DNA of 64,000 nucleotides from Promethearchaeota archaeon (GTDB lineage Archaea > Asgardarchaeota > Lokiarchaeia > Sigyniarchaeales > SOKP01). The stretch covers positions 18,416 through 82,415 of the forward strand of contig JAEOTR010000025.1 of NCBI GenBank assembly GCA_016839705.1, written 5' to 3'. The notes beneath the pieces are model-generated. The model saw nothing but the letters and a program-made list of their open reading frames with translations. It had not been told where the DNA came from and ran no database searches. Shown piece after piece: positions 9,948 to 19,902 of this stretch (the first letter of the stretch is position 1; the number at the start of each line of letters is the position of its first letter). Both the position numbers and the translations under genes were made by a program.

Positions 9948-10790
9948 TTATTTGGTTTTATATCTATAGAATCCTTTTCCAGATTTAACTCCCAATTCAC
10001 CCCTATCAACCATTTCTTTAAGAGCATCTGGTGGTTTATCATCAGGGTAACCGCTATTTTTAAAGTATGACATTTCAATATCATAAACAACATCTAATCC
10101 AATTCGATCCATGAATTGAAAAGGTCCTAAATTGGTTTTGCTAAAAAATTGACAAAATAACCTCCATGCTTTATCAACAATTTCAATATCGGCATGATCC
10201 CCCGCCCAAATCTTTAGACAATCCTTTTTAATCGCTCTCCATATCCGATTCATAACAAAACCGTAACATTCTTTCTTTACTTCAAGGGGTGTAATTTCAA
10301 TACTCTCTAACCAAGCTCTACCTTTTTCGAATGTAGCTTCGCTTGTTTGAGTTCCGCGCATGATATCAGCTATAGGTAGCATAAATAGATCATAGAAGTG
10401 AATATTCATTACCTTATCTTTTCTTTCCACAACATCTTCAATCTTTGAAATCGGTATTGAGGAACTATTTGTGGCTATAATTGTGTGGGGTGAAGCTGCT
10501 TTATCTATCTTGGGAAAAATCTCTCTCTTTAATTCAAGCTTTTCAGGTACAGCCTCAATAACAAGGTCTACACCTTTAACAGCTTCAGCAATGTTATTAA
10601 ATTGAGTTATAGATGCACTTAGATTTTTGTCCTCTATTGTTTTTTTCATCCTTTTCGTAAAAGCATCTAAATCTTCCTTGTTAGTATCAAAAGCTTTAAT
10701 CTTGTAATTATAAAGAAGAGATTTCTCAATAATTTGTTTACCCAAATACCCTGCACCTACTACAGATATTTTTCTAATTTTACTATTCAT
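9948..10790 (-). CDS. 3-hydroxyacyl-CoA dehydrogenase family protein
   Basis: GAGYLG, EAVPEKLELK, ATNSSS, HFY, GPFQFMDRIGLD, GVKSGKGFY. Confidence 0.85.
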   Translation of the reverse strand: MNSKIRKISVVGAGYLGKQIIEKSLLYNYKIKAFDTNKEDLDAFTKRMKKTIEDKNLSASITQFNNIAEAVKGVDLVIEAVPEKLELKREIFPKIDKAASPHTIIATNSSSIPISKIEDVVERKDKVMNIHFYDLFMLPIADIMRGTQTSEATFEKGRAWLESIEITPLEVKKECYGFVMNRIWRAIKKDCLKIWAGDHADIEIVDKAWRLFCQFFSKTNLGPFQFMDRIGLDVVYDIEMSYFKNSGYPDDKPPDALKEMVDRGELGVKSGKGFYRYKTK

Positions 10791-10895
10791 ATTCGGTTCT
10801 CTTAAGATTTTGATAAGAATAGTAATTTATATGAAGAGTAACAAATTAATTTGATCTATTAAGTAGAAGTTATATAGAAGAGTAGAAATAATATA

Positions 10896-11861
10896 ATGGA
10901 AGCTAAAGATATTAAAAAAATTGCTGTCGTTGGAGCAGGAGTCATCGGAAATAGCTGGACAGCAAATTTTATATGGAAAGGATATCCTGTGAATCTTTGG
11001 CTGTATACCGCAGATGAAGAGGATATTGCTAAACAAGAAATTAATGAACATCTTGAAAGTTTAGCTATAAATGGAGTTTTTGGAAAAGAAGAAATTCCTG
11101 ATATGATGAAATTAGTAAAATATACAACTTCCCTTGAAACTACAGTTAAGGATGTTCAATTTATTCAAGAGTCAATAATTGAAAAATTAGAAATAAAACA
11201 GAAGTTTCTTGCTGATATAGATAAATTAGCATCCCCTGATGCAATTTTTGCAAGTAGTACATCCTATCTATTAATCAGTGACATTGCTAAATTTTCACAA
11301 TACTCTCATAGATGTATTGGTGCTCACCCGTATAATCCGCCTCATCTTATTCCTCTAGTCGAAATAACAATTCCAGGAGGAGATAAAGGGTCGATCAAAA
11401 CAGCAGAACTAGCAGCTAAATTTTATGAAAAAATTAATAAAGTCCCAGTTATATTGAAGAAGGATGTTCCAGGATTTATCGCAAATCAAATACAAGGGGC
11501 AGTAGGTACAATATGTGGGGAATTACTTGTTAATGGTGTATGTACCGTTGAAGATATAGATAAAGCTATGTCTTTTGGTCCAGGATTACGGTGGGCAACT
11601 ATGGGTCCTTATTTAGTTTATCAGTTGGGGGGAGGTAAAGGAGGGATTAAGGGAATAACATTACATATACGAGGAGAATCAGGAGAACCAATGGATGAAC
11701 AAGAGAGGAAACAACTTGAAATGTATGCAAATTTTATTCAAGGAGAAGTAGATAAAGAAATGGCAAAAAGACCTCCAGAATTTGGAAATGATAATGATTC
11801 TCTAAGAAAATTTCGAGATCGTCTCATTATTAAAATACTTCGAGAACATAAGAAAATTTAG
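10896..11861 (+). CDS. 3-hydroxyacyl-CoA dehydrogenase family protein (lambda-crystallin/carnitine dehydrogenase-like)
   Basis: GAGVIG, ASSTS, HPYNPPHLIPLVE, GPGLRWATMGP. Confidence 0.8.
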   Translation: MEAKDIKKIAVVGAGVIGNSWTANFIWKGYPVNLWLYTADEEDIAKQEINEHLESLAINGVFGKEEIPDMMKLVKYTTSLETTVKDVQFIQESIIEKLEIKQKFLADIDKLASPDAIFASSTSYLLISDIAKFSQYSHRCIGAHPYNPPHLIPLVEITIPGGDKGSIKTAELAAKFYEKINKVPVILKKDVPGFIANQIQGAVGTICGELLVNGVCTVEDIDKAMSFGPGLRWATMGPYLVYQLGGGKGGIKGITLHIRGESGEPMDEQERKQLEMYANFIQGEVDKEMAKRPPEFGNDNDSLRKFRDRLIIKILREHKKI

Positions 11862-12973
11862 AATTTTTCCAATGCTAATGAGATTTCTTCTCGAACTTTT
11901 TCATTACTGTGTTCAAGAAAAGATTCTAAAGCTGTTTTAGATTCGTCTCCACCAAGCCTTCCTAATGCCCAAGCGATCATCCCATTTACTCGATCATCAT
12001 TATTTTCTTTAAATGCCTTAATAAGCTCAGGTATATATTTCTGATCTAGTGAATTTCCCATGGCTCTTGCCACATTCATTTTCCATCGCCATGTTTCATT
12101 AAATGATTGATAAAACATATGGGGCCATATCTTTGTTTGATAATATTCAAGATCCATATGAAGCAAATTTACTAAATTGAAATCCTCTTCTTTATCTGCT
12201 ACTCTTTCATTTGGGGACAAATTTTGAGATAACCATGGTCTGTTTCGAGGACAAACTTCTTGACACCGATCACAACCGTATACCCAAGTACCCATTTGCT
12301 CGCGAATTTCTAATGGAGTGATCCCAATTTGATAATAACTAAGAAAAGATATACATTTCCTTGGATCGATTGTATTTGGAGCTTTAAGAGCACCTGTAGG
12401 ACAGGAAGCAATACATGTATTTTTACACCATTTAGGACAGCCTACCTCTATTGTGGGCTCATCGGGCTCAAATTCATAATCTACAATTAAAGGGATTGGG
12501 GAAATCCAAGAACTTTTTCGAGCTATACGGTTTGAATAGAGAAAATTATTCTTTCCAAATGTTCCTAATCCTGCTCTTGCTGATGTTAATCGATGGGGGA
12601 TATTAAAAGGTGATCTCGAATCAATTCCATTATCACGCAAAAAACTACGAAAAACCTTAAGGCGTTGATATAATGGACCTTTAGTTCGACGGTGATCATC
12701 TAAATATGCACGCCCAAAATACCCTTCTAATCCCGAAGGAAAAGACTTGCTAAAATAAACATCAATTAGAACAATAATTGATTTGCCATGACGCATTATA
12801 TTTTTAGGATCAAGACCTTTCTCGATATCGGTACCACTTAAAATAAGCCAAGCATACTCTCGCTTTCTAGAATCTAAAATTTCTTTTTGAGATTCAAAAG
12901 GTTCCATAGTTGTAAATCCTATATCGTCAAAACCTAATTCAAATGCTTTATCGATTACTTCGCTTTTCTCCAT
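11858..12973 (-). CDS. Epoxyqueuosine reductase QueG-like cobalamin/Fe-S protein with C-terminal HEAT repeats
   Basis: RAGLGTFGKN, C..C...CIASCPTGAL, CISFLSY, YGCDRCQEVCP, IAWALGRLG. Confidence 0.8.
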   Translation of the reverse strand: MEKSEVIDKAFELGFDDIGFTTMEPFESQKEILDSRKREYAWLILSGTDIEKGLDPKNIMRHGKSIIVLIDVYFSKSFPSGLEGYFGRAYLDDHRRTKGPLYQRLKVFRSFLRDNGIDSRSPFNIPHRLTSARAGLGTFGKNNFLYSNRIARKSSWISPIPLIVDYEFEPDEPTIEVGCPKWCKNTCIASCPTGALKAPNTIDPRKCISFLSYYQIGITPLEIREQMGTWVYGCDRCQEVCPRNRPWLSQNLSPNERVADKEEDFNLVNLLHMDLEYYQTKIWPHMFYQSFNETWRWKMNVARAMGNSLDQKYIPELIKAFKENNDDRVNGMIAWALGRLGGDESKTALESFLEHSNEKVREEISLALEKF

Positions 12974-13065
12974 AATATCCCACTATAATCTAATCAATAT
13001 ATAAGCTTAAAATTAAAAATCATTTTATAACTTAAGCCCTTCTAAATATAATTTAAGAATCACTC

Positions 13066-14172
13066 TTAGCATTCAACAGGCATAACTAGCTGTTCTTTAT
13101 AACCTATAATGACTTTTACAAGTCCTTTGAGTTGTAAATCAAAATCACTATCTCCAGTATCTACTCTTAAACAATCAAGATTTCTAATTTTATCTGCAGT
13201 TGAAATGATTATTAAATTCTTTTTCCCTATTCTTTTAATGACTTCTGGAGTAAACTGTTTATTTCCTCTTCCAAAAATAAATCCTTGACCTCCTAATGGG
13301 GAAATTATGATCTTATAATCATTGAATTCTATTAATATTTCAAGAATGCTTTTTTCATTCAAATCTCTTCCAATTAACTTCTTATTATCCATAGCATCTA
13401 CACCAAGCAGAGTTTTGGGTAGCTTCAAAATATCTGTTATTGTTTTTACAGTTGTGCCAGGTCCTAATAAATAGAGTGTATCTTCTTTCATATCTTCAAT
13501 TATCCATTGAGCAATTCCTTGTTTATTTTCTTCTATTGTCCTCCCAGATTCTGAACCTATTTTCCCCGCTTGAATAAGATTTTTAAATATAAGGACTTTT
13601 AAATATCCATATAGCGTCGTTTTTAGCACATTATCTCTGTAAAGCTCCTCATCGATGTCTAAAATTTCTCTATCTTCAGTTTCAATAAAATCTTCTAAAA
13701 ATCCATCAATTATTTGGGCTGCTGCTTTCGGGTTAAATGAAAAAACTGAACTGTACATTTTAACTCCACCAGGTACAGCAACAACGGGAATTTCTAAACC
13801 AATTGAATCATAAATATCTCTTGCGGTTCCATCTCCACCACAAAAAATTAATAAATCAATCCCATTATTGAGCATTTGTTTAGCGATTCTTTTTGTGTCA
13901 TCCGCTGAAGTTGTTTCACCAATTTCACCAATAATTTCAAAATTTATTCCCTTCCCTTTAATAATATCCGCACCCATCTTTCCCGGTGCAACTAGCATCG
14001 ATAGGTTTCCCTTATTTTTTATTTGGGATAATAGTACAGATACTCTCTGTGGAGTTACGGGTTTTGCTCCCATTTTTACAGCTGTTTTATATGAATCTCC
14101 ATCTGTACCTTTAAGTCCAACACTACCTCCCATCCCCGCAATGGGATTTACAATTAAACCAATCCTTTTCAT
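13066..14172 (-). CDS. ATP-NAD kinase family protein (COG3199-like)
   Basis: NPIAGMGGSVGLKGTDG, GGDGTARD, GGQGFIFGRGN. Confidence 0.85.
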   Translation of the reverse strand: MKRIGLIVNPIAGMGGSVGLKGTDGDSYKTAVKMGAKPVTPQRVSVLLSQIKNKGNLSMLVAPGKMGADIIKGKGINFEIIGEIGETTSADDTKRIAKQMLNNGIDLLIFCGGDGTARDIYDSIGLEIPVVAVPGGVKMYSSVFSFNPKAAAQIIDGFLEDFIETEDREILDIDEELYRDNVLKTTLYGYLKVLIFKNLIQAGKIGSESGRTIEENKQGIAQWIIEDMKEDTLYLLGPGTTVKTITDILKLPKTLLGVDAMDNKKLIGRDLNEKSILEILIEFNDYKIIISPLGGQGFIFGRGNKQFTPEVIKRIGKKNLIIISTADKIRNLDCLRVDTGDSDFDLQLKGLVKVIIGYKEQLVMPVEC

Positions 14173-14201
14173 TTTTGTAGAGGTATTTTCCGTAATCTGA
14201 G

Positions 14202-15980
14202 CTAATTTTTTGTAGGAGCAACTTCCAGAATGACTTCTTCCTTTTTCTTAACTTTTGGGGGGCGTCTTGCTTTAGCTAGAGCTGTCAATATTGTATTTAC
14301 TTTAGGATCAATTCTTACATCAATTACTGCAGGAACATTTGAATCAAAAGCGCGCTGTAATGCAGGACCAATTTCATTAGGATCTGTCACCAATTCACCG
14401 TAACAATTAAATGCTTCAGCATATTTATCATATCGAGTATCACTACTTAATGAACTTCCTAATCCAAAAAATTTCTTGCCATGAGTTACTTTCTGTCCTC
14501 TTGCAACCATGCCCCAAAGGCTATCATTACTTACTACAACTACAATAGGTAAATCAAATCTCTTTGCAGTATCCAGCTCTTTACCGTTAAACAAAAATGA
14601 ACCATCACCGGTTAACACTAGAATCTTCCTTTCAGGTTCAACGTATTTAGCAGCAATAGCCATTGGCACACCTCCTCCTAGATGCTGAATTCCTAAACCC
14701 CCAGAAAAGTAGAGTGATTTTGGTGAATGAGCTCGTAAGTAGATTAGTCCCCATACTGTTGTATCTCCCCCATCTAATATGATAACACTGTCCTCAGGCA
14801 TAAAATCTCGTATTTCTTTTACGAGACGTTGAGGTTTGATTGGAATTTTATCTGAAGATCCTTCTTTCTCTATTCTTGCCTCGAAATTTTTTAATTGAGT
14901 TTGAACATCTTTAACCCATTGTGTTTCCGTTCTAGGACTTTTTATTTTTTCACTTGCGATTTTGTATAATTGAGTAAGAATCCCTTTAATATCCCCTACA
15001 ATAGGGATATCTATAGCACGATTTCTCCCAATTTCTTCAGCTTTTATATCGACTTGAATCAATTTTGCTTTATCCGTAAATTGAGGCATATGTCCATATT
15101 GCATATATTCACCCAATCTAGATCCAAGAATCAATACAACATCAACTTTTGAGAGTAATGCTGTTCCAGGACCTGCAATAGGTGTCGCCGGTCCAAAGCA
15201 TAATGGATGATCGATTGGAAATTCACCAAAACCAAAACCCCAAGTTCCCACAGGGATTTGTGTAAGTTCAGCAAACTTTAGTAATTCTAATGATGCATTA
15301 GAAAAAGCAGCTCCGGTTCCTGCTATTATTAATGGATTTTTTGCATTTAATAATAAATCTACTGCTCTTGATACTAAAATTTCATTACCATAAGGGCCAT
15401 AAAACGGTCTTAACTTTTGAACAGGCTCAAATGCTTGTTTGACTATATCTAATTCATCATCACATTCTCCACCTAATACATCAGAAGGAATAACTAAAAC
15501 GACAGGACCAGGTCTGCCAGTTGTGGCAATCCTGAAAGCCATATTAATATACTCTGGAATTCGAGCAGTCGTATAACAATATCCACTCCATTTCGTTACT
15601 GGAGTAAGAGATGGTACAACATCAACTTCATTATGATGTAACTTATCAAAAAGCATCATTGGTGTACTAGTACAAACTGCTACAATAGGAATACTTGCAT
15701 CCATAGCAAGTGGAATTGAAGGGAATAAATCTGTTACTCCTGGTCCAGCTGGAACTGAGCAGACCCCAGGTTCACCCGTAGCAAGGTAATATCCCATAGC
15801 AGCATGCCCTGTAGCTTGTTCATGTCGAAAATCAATAATATCAATGCCTAGTTCTGTACAGGATGAATCTTGGCAATAATTATATATTAAAGCATTATCT
15901 CCACAAAGGGTAAATATAACTTTAACACCTTGGTGATCCAAAGCACGAACCACTAATTGGGCTCCATTTACTTTTACCAT
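14202..15980 (-). CDS. Thiamine pyrophosphate-dependent enzyme (acetolactate synthase-like/2-hydroxyacyl-CoA lyase family)
   Basis: DFRHEQA, GPGVT, GRPGPV, GDGSF...NDSLWGM ThDP motif. Confidence 0.85.
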   Translation of the reverse strand: MVKVNGAQLVVRALDHQGVKVIFTLCGDNALIYNYCQDSSCTELGIDIIDFRHEQATGHAAMGYYLATGEPGVCSVPAGPGVTDLFPSIPLAMDASIPIVAVCTSTPMMLFDKLHHNEVDVVPSLTPVTKWSGYCYTTARIPEYINMAFRIATTGRPGPVVLVIPSDVLGGECDDELDIVKQAFEPVQKLRPFYGPYGNEILVSRAVDLLLNAKNPLIIAGTGAAFSNASLELLKFAELTQIPVGTWGFGFGEFPIDHPLCFGPATPIAGPGTALLSKVDVVLILGSRLGEYMQYGHMPQFTDKAKLIQVDIKAEEIGRNRAIDIPIVGDIKGILTQLYKIASEKIKSPRTETQWVKDVQTQLKNFEARIEKEGSSDKIPIKPQRLVKEIRDFMPEDSVIILDGGDTTVWGLIYLRAHSPKSLYFSGGLGIQHLGGGVPMAIAAKYVEPERKILVLTGDGSFLFNGKELDTAKRFDLPIVVVVSNDSLWGMVARGQKVTHGKKFFGLGSSLSSDTRYDKYAEAFNCYGELVTDPNEIGPALQRAFDSNVPAVIDVRIDPKVNTILTALAKARRPPKVKKKEEVILEVAPTKN

Positions 15981-16077
15981 TATTTTTCTCTCCTATTCTT
16001 TCTTATATAATCATTAAATCAATTTAGATATTTTTGAATATGAAATCTCACTTTTATATATGGGGAAAAAACAATAA

Positions 16078-16473
16078 TTAAAGATTGAAAAGACCATATA
16101 TCATGAATAATTGTCCAGCAATTAATGATAAAAGATTTACCAGTATTTCTATTTTATTTTCTTTCCTTTTTTTTCTGCTATATGTTTTTTGTTGAATATT
16201 GAATGAAAAGTCAAGCAAAAACAAAAAAAAAACAGCACTTCCTCCCGCAATCGAAAAAAAGATCCAAAATTCTTGATTTGTAAATAGGCCAAATGCAGAT
16301 GTAAACATACATGGTGCAACCCAGAAGATATCGGGAAGAATAAACGATCTTTCAAATACTAAATATACCTCAGTTTTTTCTGGATTCCTATTTTCAGCTA
16401 TAAGGAAATAAATCCAAAAAATTATTATTCCAGAACCAAATGTAATCTGTAAAACAGCTATTAAAATCTCCAT
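16078..16473 (-). CDS. Small integral membrane protein
   Basis: 131 aa with about four hydrophobic segments. Confidence 0.65.
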   Translation of the reverse strand: MEILIAVLQITFGSGIIIFWIYFLIAENRNPEKTEVYLVFERSFILPDIFWVAPCMFTSAFGLFTNQEFWIFFSIAGGSAVFFLFLLDFSFNIQQKTYSRKKRKENKIEILVNLLSLIAGQLFMIYGLFNL

Positions 16474-16616
16474 AATTGATTATCTTAATTAATGATAATA
16501 TTTCTCCTTTACTTCTAGCATACTTTAAAAAGATTCTTTCTGGGGGATTTAAATCCAAAACTTTAATTATTAAATCGTAATTAAAAAATAATATAGAAAT
16601 ATCAAGTGAGTCTAAT

Positions 16617-18197
16617 ATGGTTGATAAAGTAGTACCTTTTTTAATTAATATGGGTGAAATTACTCCTGCACGAAGTCAAGCCTCTGTTTTGAATGAGTTA
16701 GCAATGGCACTTATTGAATGTATCGAAATTTATCGTAAGAATCTTAAAAAAATGGGCCGAATTGCAAAAATCTCAACAGCATTTTGGCCTGTTCGTTTAA
16801 TTCCATTATCTGAAACTAGAGCATGTGTATGTAGTTATCTATATAATAAACAGGAGAAATTAAGTGTTGGTAAATTTGCTCAGACGCCCCCTCGACCTGA
16901 AGCTGTTATAAAAGGAGCAGATCCGGTAAGTTTTCTAAATTCTTTACAACAATATAATAATAACTATTTGAGAAGAACAAAGAATTTTAAAAGGGGTGTA
17001 GTAATTCAAGAAGCTTTGTTTAATACAAATGAAGTCGGCTATTTTCAGAATTTTTTCCTGAATCAGTACAATTTAAGCTCACATGCATCCCCCTATTTTT
17101 TACTTGAGGGAGGTTCAATATCAAAGAGTGTAAATCAAACGAGAATTGTTCCCGAAATTACGGAATATCTATCTCAAAAGGATGTTCATCTTCTTGATAC
17201 TTATGGAGATGCAATTACGAAATTATGTGAAAGATGGATACAAAAAGGAGGAAAAGACGCGGACAAAATTAGAGACACAAAAGTAGATACTGGTGAGGAA
17301 GAAAAACAACTTGCTATTCTCAATAAAGAATTACAAGCAGAGAAAGAACGAACGTTCGAAAAGACTCCAGAAGAACTAGTTAAAAGTGGGAAATATAAAA
17401 TTAATGATAAAACTGGAGAATTGAATAATAATCTTAATGCTATAAAAAATAGTGTTGATAGTATGAAAAATGCTATTAATCAGAGAGATCTTTTTCTTAC
17501 CGAAGAGAGTTTGAAGGATGCTGATCTAAAATATAGAGATTTGGGAAATTCTTTAAATCGTTATAAAAGTGAAATAGATCAGTTAAGGAAAAACGTACAA
17601 AGAGAAGTCTCTGACCAAGAGAAAACACAACAACAGAAAATTAGAGAATTAGAAAGAAAAAAATCTGAAGTTGAAAAACAAATTGAAGCTAAGCATTCAG
17701 GTTTAAGTAAAGATTTAACGTCTGCTGAAGACGTAGTCGCGAAAATTAAAACTGAAAAGCAAACATGCTTGGATAATATTGAGAGTATAAAAGATAAAGA
17801 AATGACAGAGGTTCAAACCTTTTTCAATAATTATTCTCTTGAGGTAAAAACTCAAAATGTTGTTGTTGGGATTCCGATTTATATCTTTTATTTTGTCGAT
17901 CCCAATACAAATAGCACCACTGAAAGAGCTCCCGTTCTCCCAATTTTAATTGATAAAGGAAAAGTAGTTAGTACTAAAGTCAAGACAAGCTTTAGGCAAA
18001 AATTACGGGATCTAATGAATAAAGATAACGCAATGATTAGTTTGGTTGAAACCCAAGGAGATAATAATAATTTAATGGAAATTAAAAATTTAGATACTCG
18101 TTTAGAGGACGCGATAAACGATTTGAGAATCCGAAAAATTTTGAGCAAAAAGTTAGCAGAATCTGCGAAAAATGTAATTACCGATTTATTATGGTAA
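16617..18197 (+). CDS. Hypothetical protein with long central coiled coil
   Basis: 526-aa ORF; K/E-rich heptad region in the middle flanked by globular-looking ends. Confidence 0.75.
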   Translation: MVDKVVPFLINMGEITPARSQASVLNELAMALIECIEIYRKNLKKMGRIAKISTAFWPVRLIPLSETRACVCSYLYNKQEKLSVGKFAQTPPRPEAVIKGADPVSFLNSLQQYNNNYLRRTKNFKRGVVIQEALFNTNEVGYFQNFFLNQYNLSSHASPYFLLEGGSISKSVNQTRIVPEITEYLSQKDVHLLDTYGDAITKLCERWIQKGGKDADKIRDTKVDTGEEEKQLAILNKELQAEKERTFEKTPEELVKSGKYKINDKTGELNNNLNAIKNSVDSMKNAINQRDLFLTEESLKDADLKYRDLGNSLNRYKSEIDQLRKNVQREVSDQEKTQQQKIRELERKKSEVEKQIEAKHSGLSKDLTSAEDVVAKIKTEKQTCLDNIESIKDKEMTEVQTFFNNYSLEVKTQNVVVGIPIYIFYFVDPNTNSTTERAPVLPILIDKGKVVSTKVKTSFRQKLRDLMNKDNAMISLVETQGDNNNLMEIKNLDTRLEDAINDLRIRKILSKKLAESAKNVITDLLW

Positions 18198-18239
18198 AAA
18201 TTAATCTTTTTTTAAAATTTCTATTTTTATATTTTAGAA

Positions 18240-18407
18240 CTAATTATAAACCATTTTTTTTCCACAGCATTCAGGGATCGGTTGATACCCACAATCCTTT
18301 GAGCAACAACATAATAAATAGCCGTTTTTCAAAATCATTGATTGATCACAACATGTAGGTACTTCTTGTTCTCTACCACATACCGAACACACTAATTTTT
18401 GTCCCAT
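18240..18407 (-). CDS. Small Cys-rich putative metal-binding protein (55 aa)
   Basis: Hand translation: MGQKLVCSVCGREQEVPTCCDQSMILKNGYLLCCCSKDCGYQPIPECCGKKMVYN*; below the ORF-track length cut-off. Confidence 0.8.
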   Translation of the reverse strand: MGQKLVCSVCGREQEVPTCCDQSMILKNGYLLCCCSKDCGYQPIPECCGKKMVYN

Positions 18408-18646
18408 TTTCTTCACTGTTTGATATATAATCTCTATAAATTCAAAGAAAATTCAGAAACTAAAACTATACTTTTATAGAATATAATTAAATGGCGAGAA
18501 CTCTATGTTTAAAGAAAGCAAAAATCTCTTAAATTATGTGAATTATAAGTTCTCTACTTTTACTCATATCTTAAATCCTTTTAGAAATGTTCAATAATTA
18601 TGCTATATCATTAATTCATATTATTTAATAAAATAGGAGATTGGAA

Positions 18647-19894
18647 ATGTCCAAAAAATTAATCCTTAATAAAACTTTCAAATTATACGAAGAAGCACTT
18701 GGATTAATTCCCGGAGCAATACTTGGAATTAGAAGACCATATAACTTCGTTGAAGGTGAATATCCAATATTCTTTGAGACCGCCAAAGGGGGAAAGGTGA
18801 TTGATGTTGATGGAAACGAATATATTGACATGCTGTGCGCCTATGGTCCCATAATAATTGGTCATAGAGAAGAAGAAATTGATAACGCGGTCATTACACA
18901 AATAAGAGAAAAAGGATTTTGTATGTCCTTAACTCAACCAACGCAAAATCAATTAGCTAAAAAATTAAAACAACTAATACCATGTGCTGAGAAGATGGTA
19001 TTTGTTAAGATGGGATCTGATGCTACTACCTCTGCGGTTCGCGTTGCTCGAAGTTATACAAATAGAGTCAAGATTTTACGCTGTGGTTATCACGGATGGC
19101 ATGATTGGTGTGTTGAACAGAAAGGTGGGATACCTGAAAAATTATATGAAGATGTCATCGAATTTGAGTACAATAATTTAGAGCAAGTTAGGCATCTGAT
19201 GAATGAACATGGTAAAGACGTGGCCGCGATTATTCTTACTCCGATTAACCACCCAGGAGGACACGAAGTAGAAATGCCTAAAAATGGATTCTTAGAAGGT
19301 ATTCGTGAAATTACGGATAATTACGGTTCTCTTCTTATATATGATGAGATCCGTACTGGATTTCGTGTTGATATGGGGGGTTTTCAGAAAAAATCAGGAG
19401 TTATCCCTGATTTGGGAGCTTTTGGTAAAGCAATGGCGAATGGATATCCTATTGGGGTGCTTACTGGGAAGAAGGAATTTATGGATGAGTTAGTTGAGAA
19501 TGTATTTCTCAGTTCTACTTTTTTCCCTAATAGTCTAGCACAAGTTGCAGCTCTTAAAACAATAGAAATAATGGAGCGTGAAAATGTATTAGACAATATA
19601 AGCGAGAAAGGAAATAAATTTGCTAATACAGTTAAAAATATGATAGAGGATAGCGGTGTCCCCTGTACCTTCTCTGGAGAACCTTGGATGCCTTATATTA
19701 CGTTTGACCGCGATCCTGATAATCTTTATAAAAAATTACGAGAAGAATTTTACAGGCAATTAATCCGTCGAAATGTTTTTCTTCAACCATTCCATCATGG
19801 TTATATTTGTTTCCGACATACTGATGAAGATTTAGAACATGCCGCAGAAATGATTAATGAATCCCTGAACGAATGCAAGAAATTGATGAAGTGA
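18647..19894 (+). CDS. kat: 3-aminobutyryl-CoA aminotransferase (class III PLP, GSA-aminomutase-like)
   Basis: GIRRPYNFVEGEYPIFF, YHGWHDWC, DEIRTGFR, FGKAMANG, LSSTFFPNS match my recollection of the Kat family; heads the lysine cluster; AGGAGA before ATG 18647. Confidence 0.8.
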   Translation: MSKKLILNKTFKLYEEALGLIPGAILGIRRPYNFVEGEYPIFFETAKGGKVIDVDGNEYIDMLCAYGPIIIGHREEEIDNAVITQIREKGFCMSLTQPTQNQLAKKLKQLIPCAEKMVFVKMGSDATTSAVRVARSYTNRVKILRCGYHGWHDWCVEQKGGIPEKLYEDVIEFEYNNLEQVRHLMNEHGKDVAAIILTPINHPGGHEVEMPKNGFLEGIREITDNYGSLLIYDEIRTGFRVDMGGFQKKSGVIPDLGAFGKAMANGYPIGVLTGKKEFMDELVENVFLSSTFFPNSLAQVAALKTIEIMERENVLDNISEKGNKFANTVKNMIEDSGVPCTFSGEPWMPYITFDRDPDNLYKKLREEFYRQLIRRNVFLQPFHHGYICFRHTDEDLEHAAEMINESLNECKKLMK

Positions 19895-19902
19895 AAAAGA
19901 CC

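Noticed and set aside
19892-19894. TGA stop of kat as possible selenocysteine
   Set aside because: Falls at the expected family C-terminus; the next gene starts 8 nt later in another frame; no SECIS recognised
18647-19894. Annotation as glutamate-1-semialdehyde aminomutase (hemL)
   Set aside because: Lacks the GGVNSPVR-type HemL motif and sits in a lysine fermentation context
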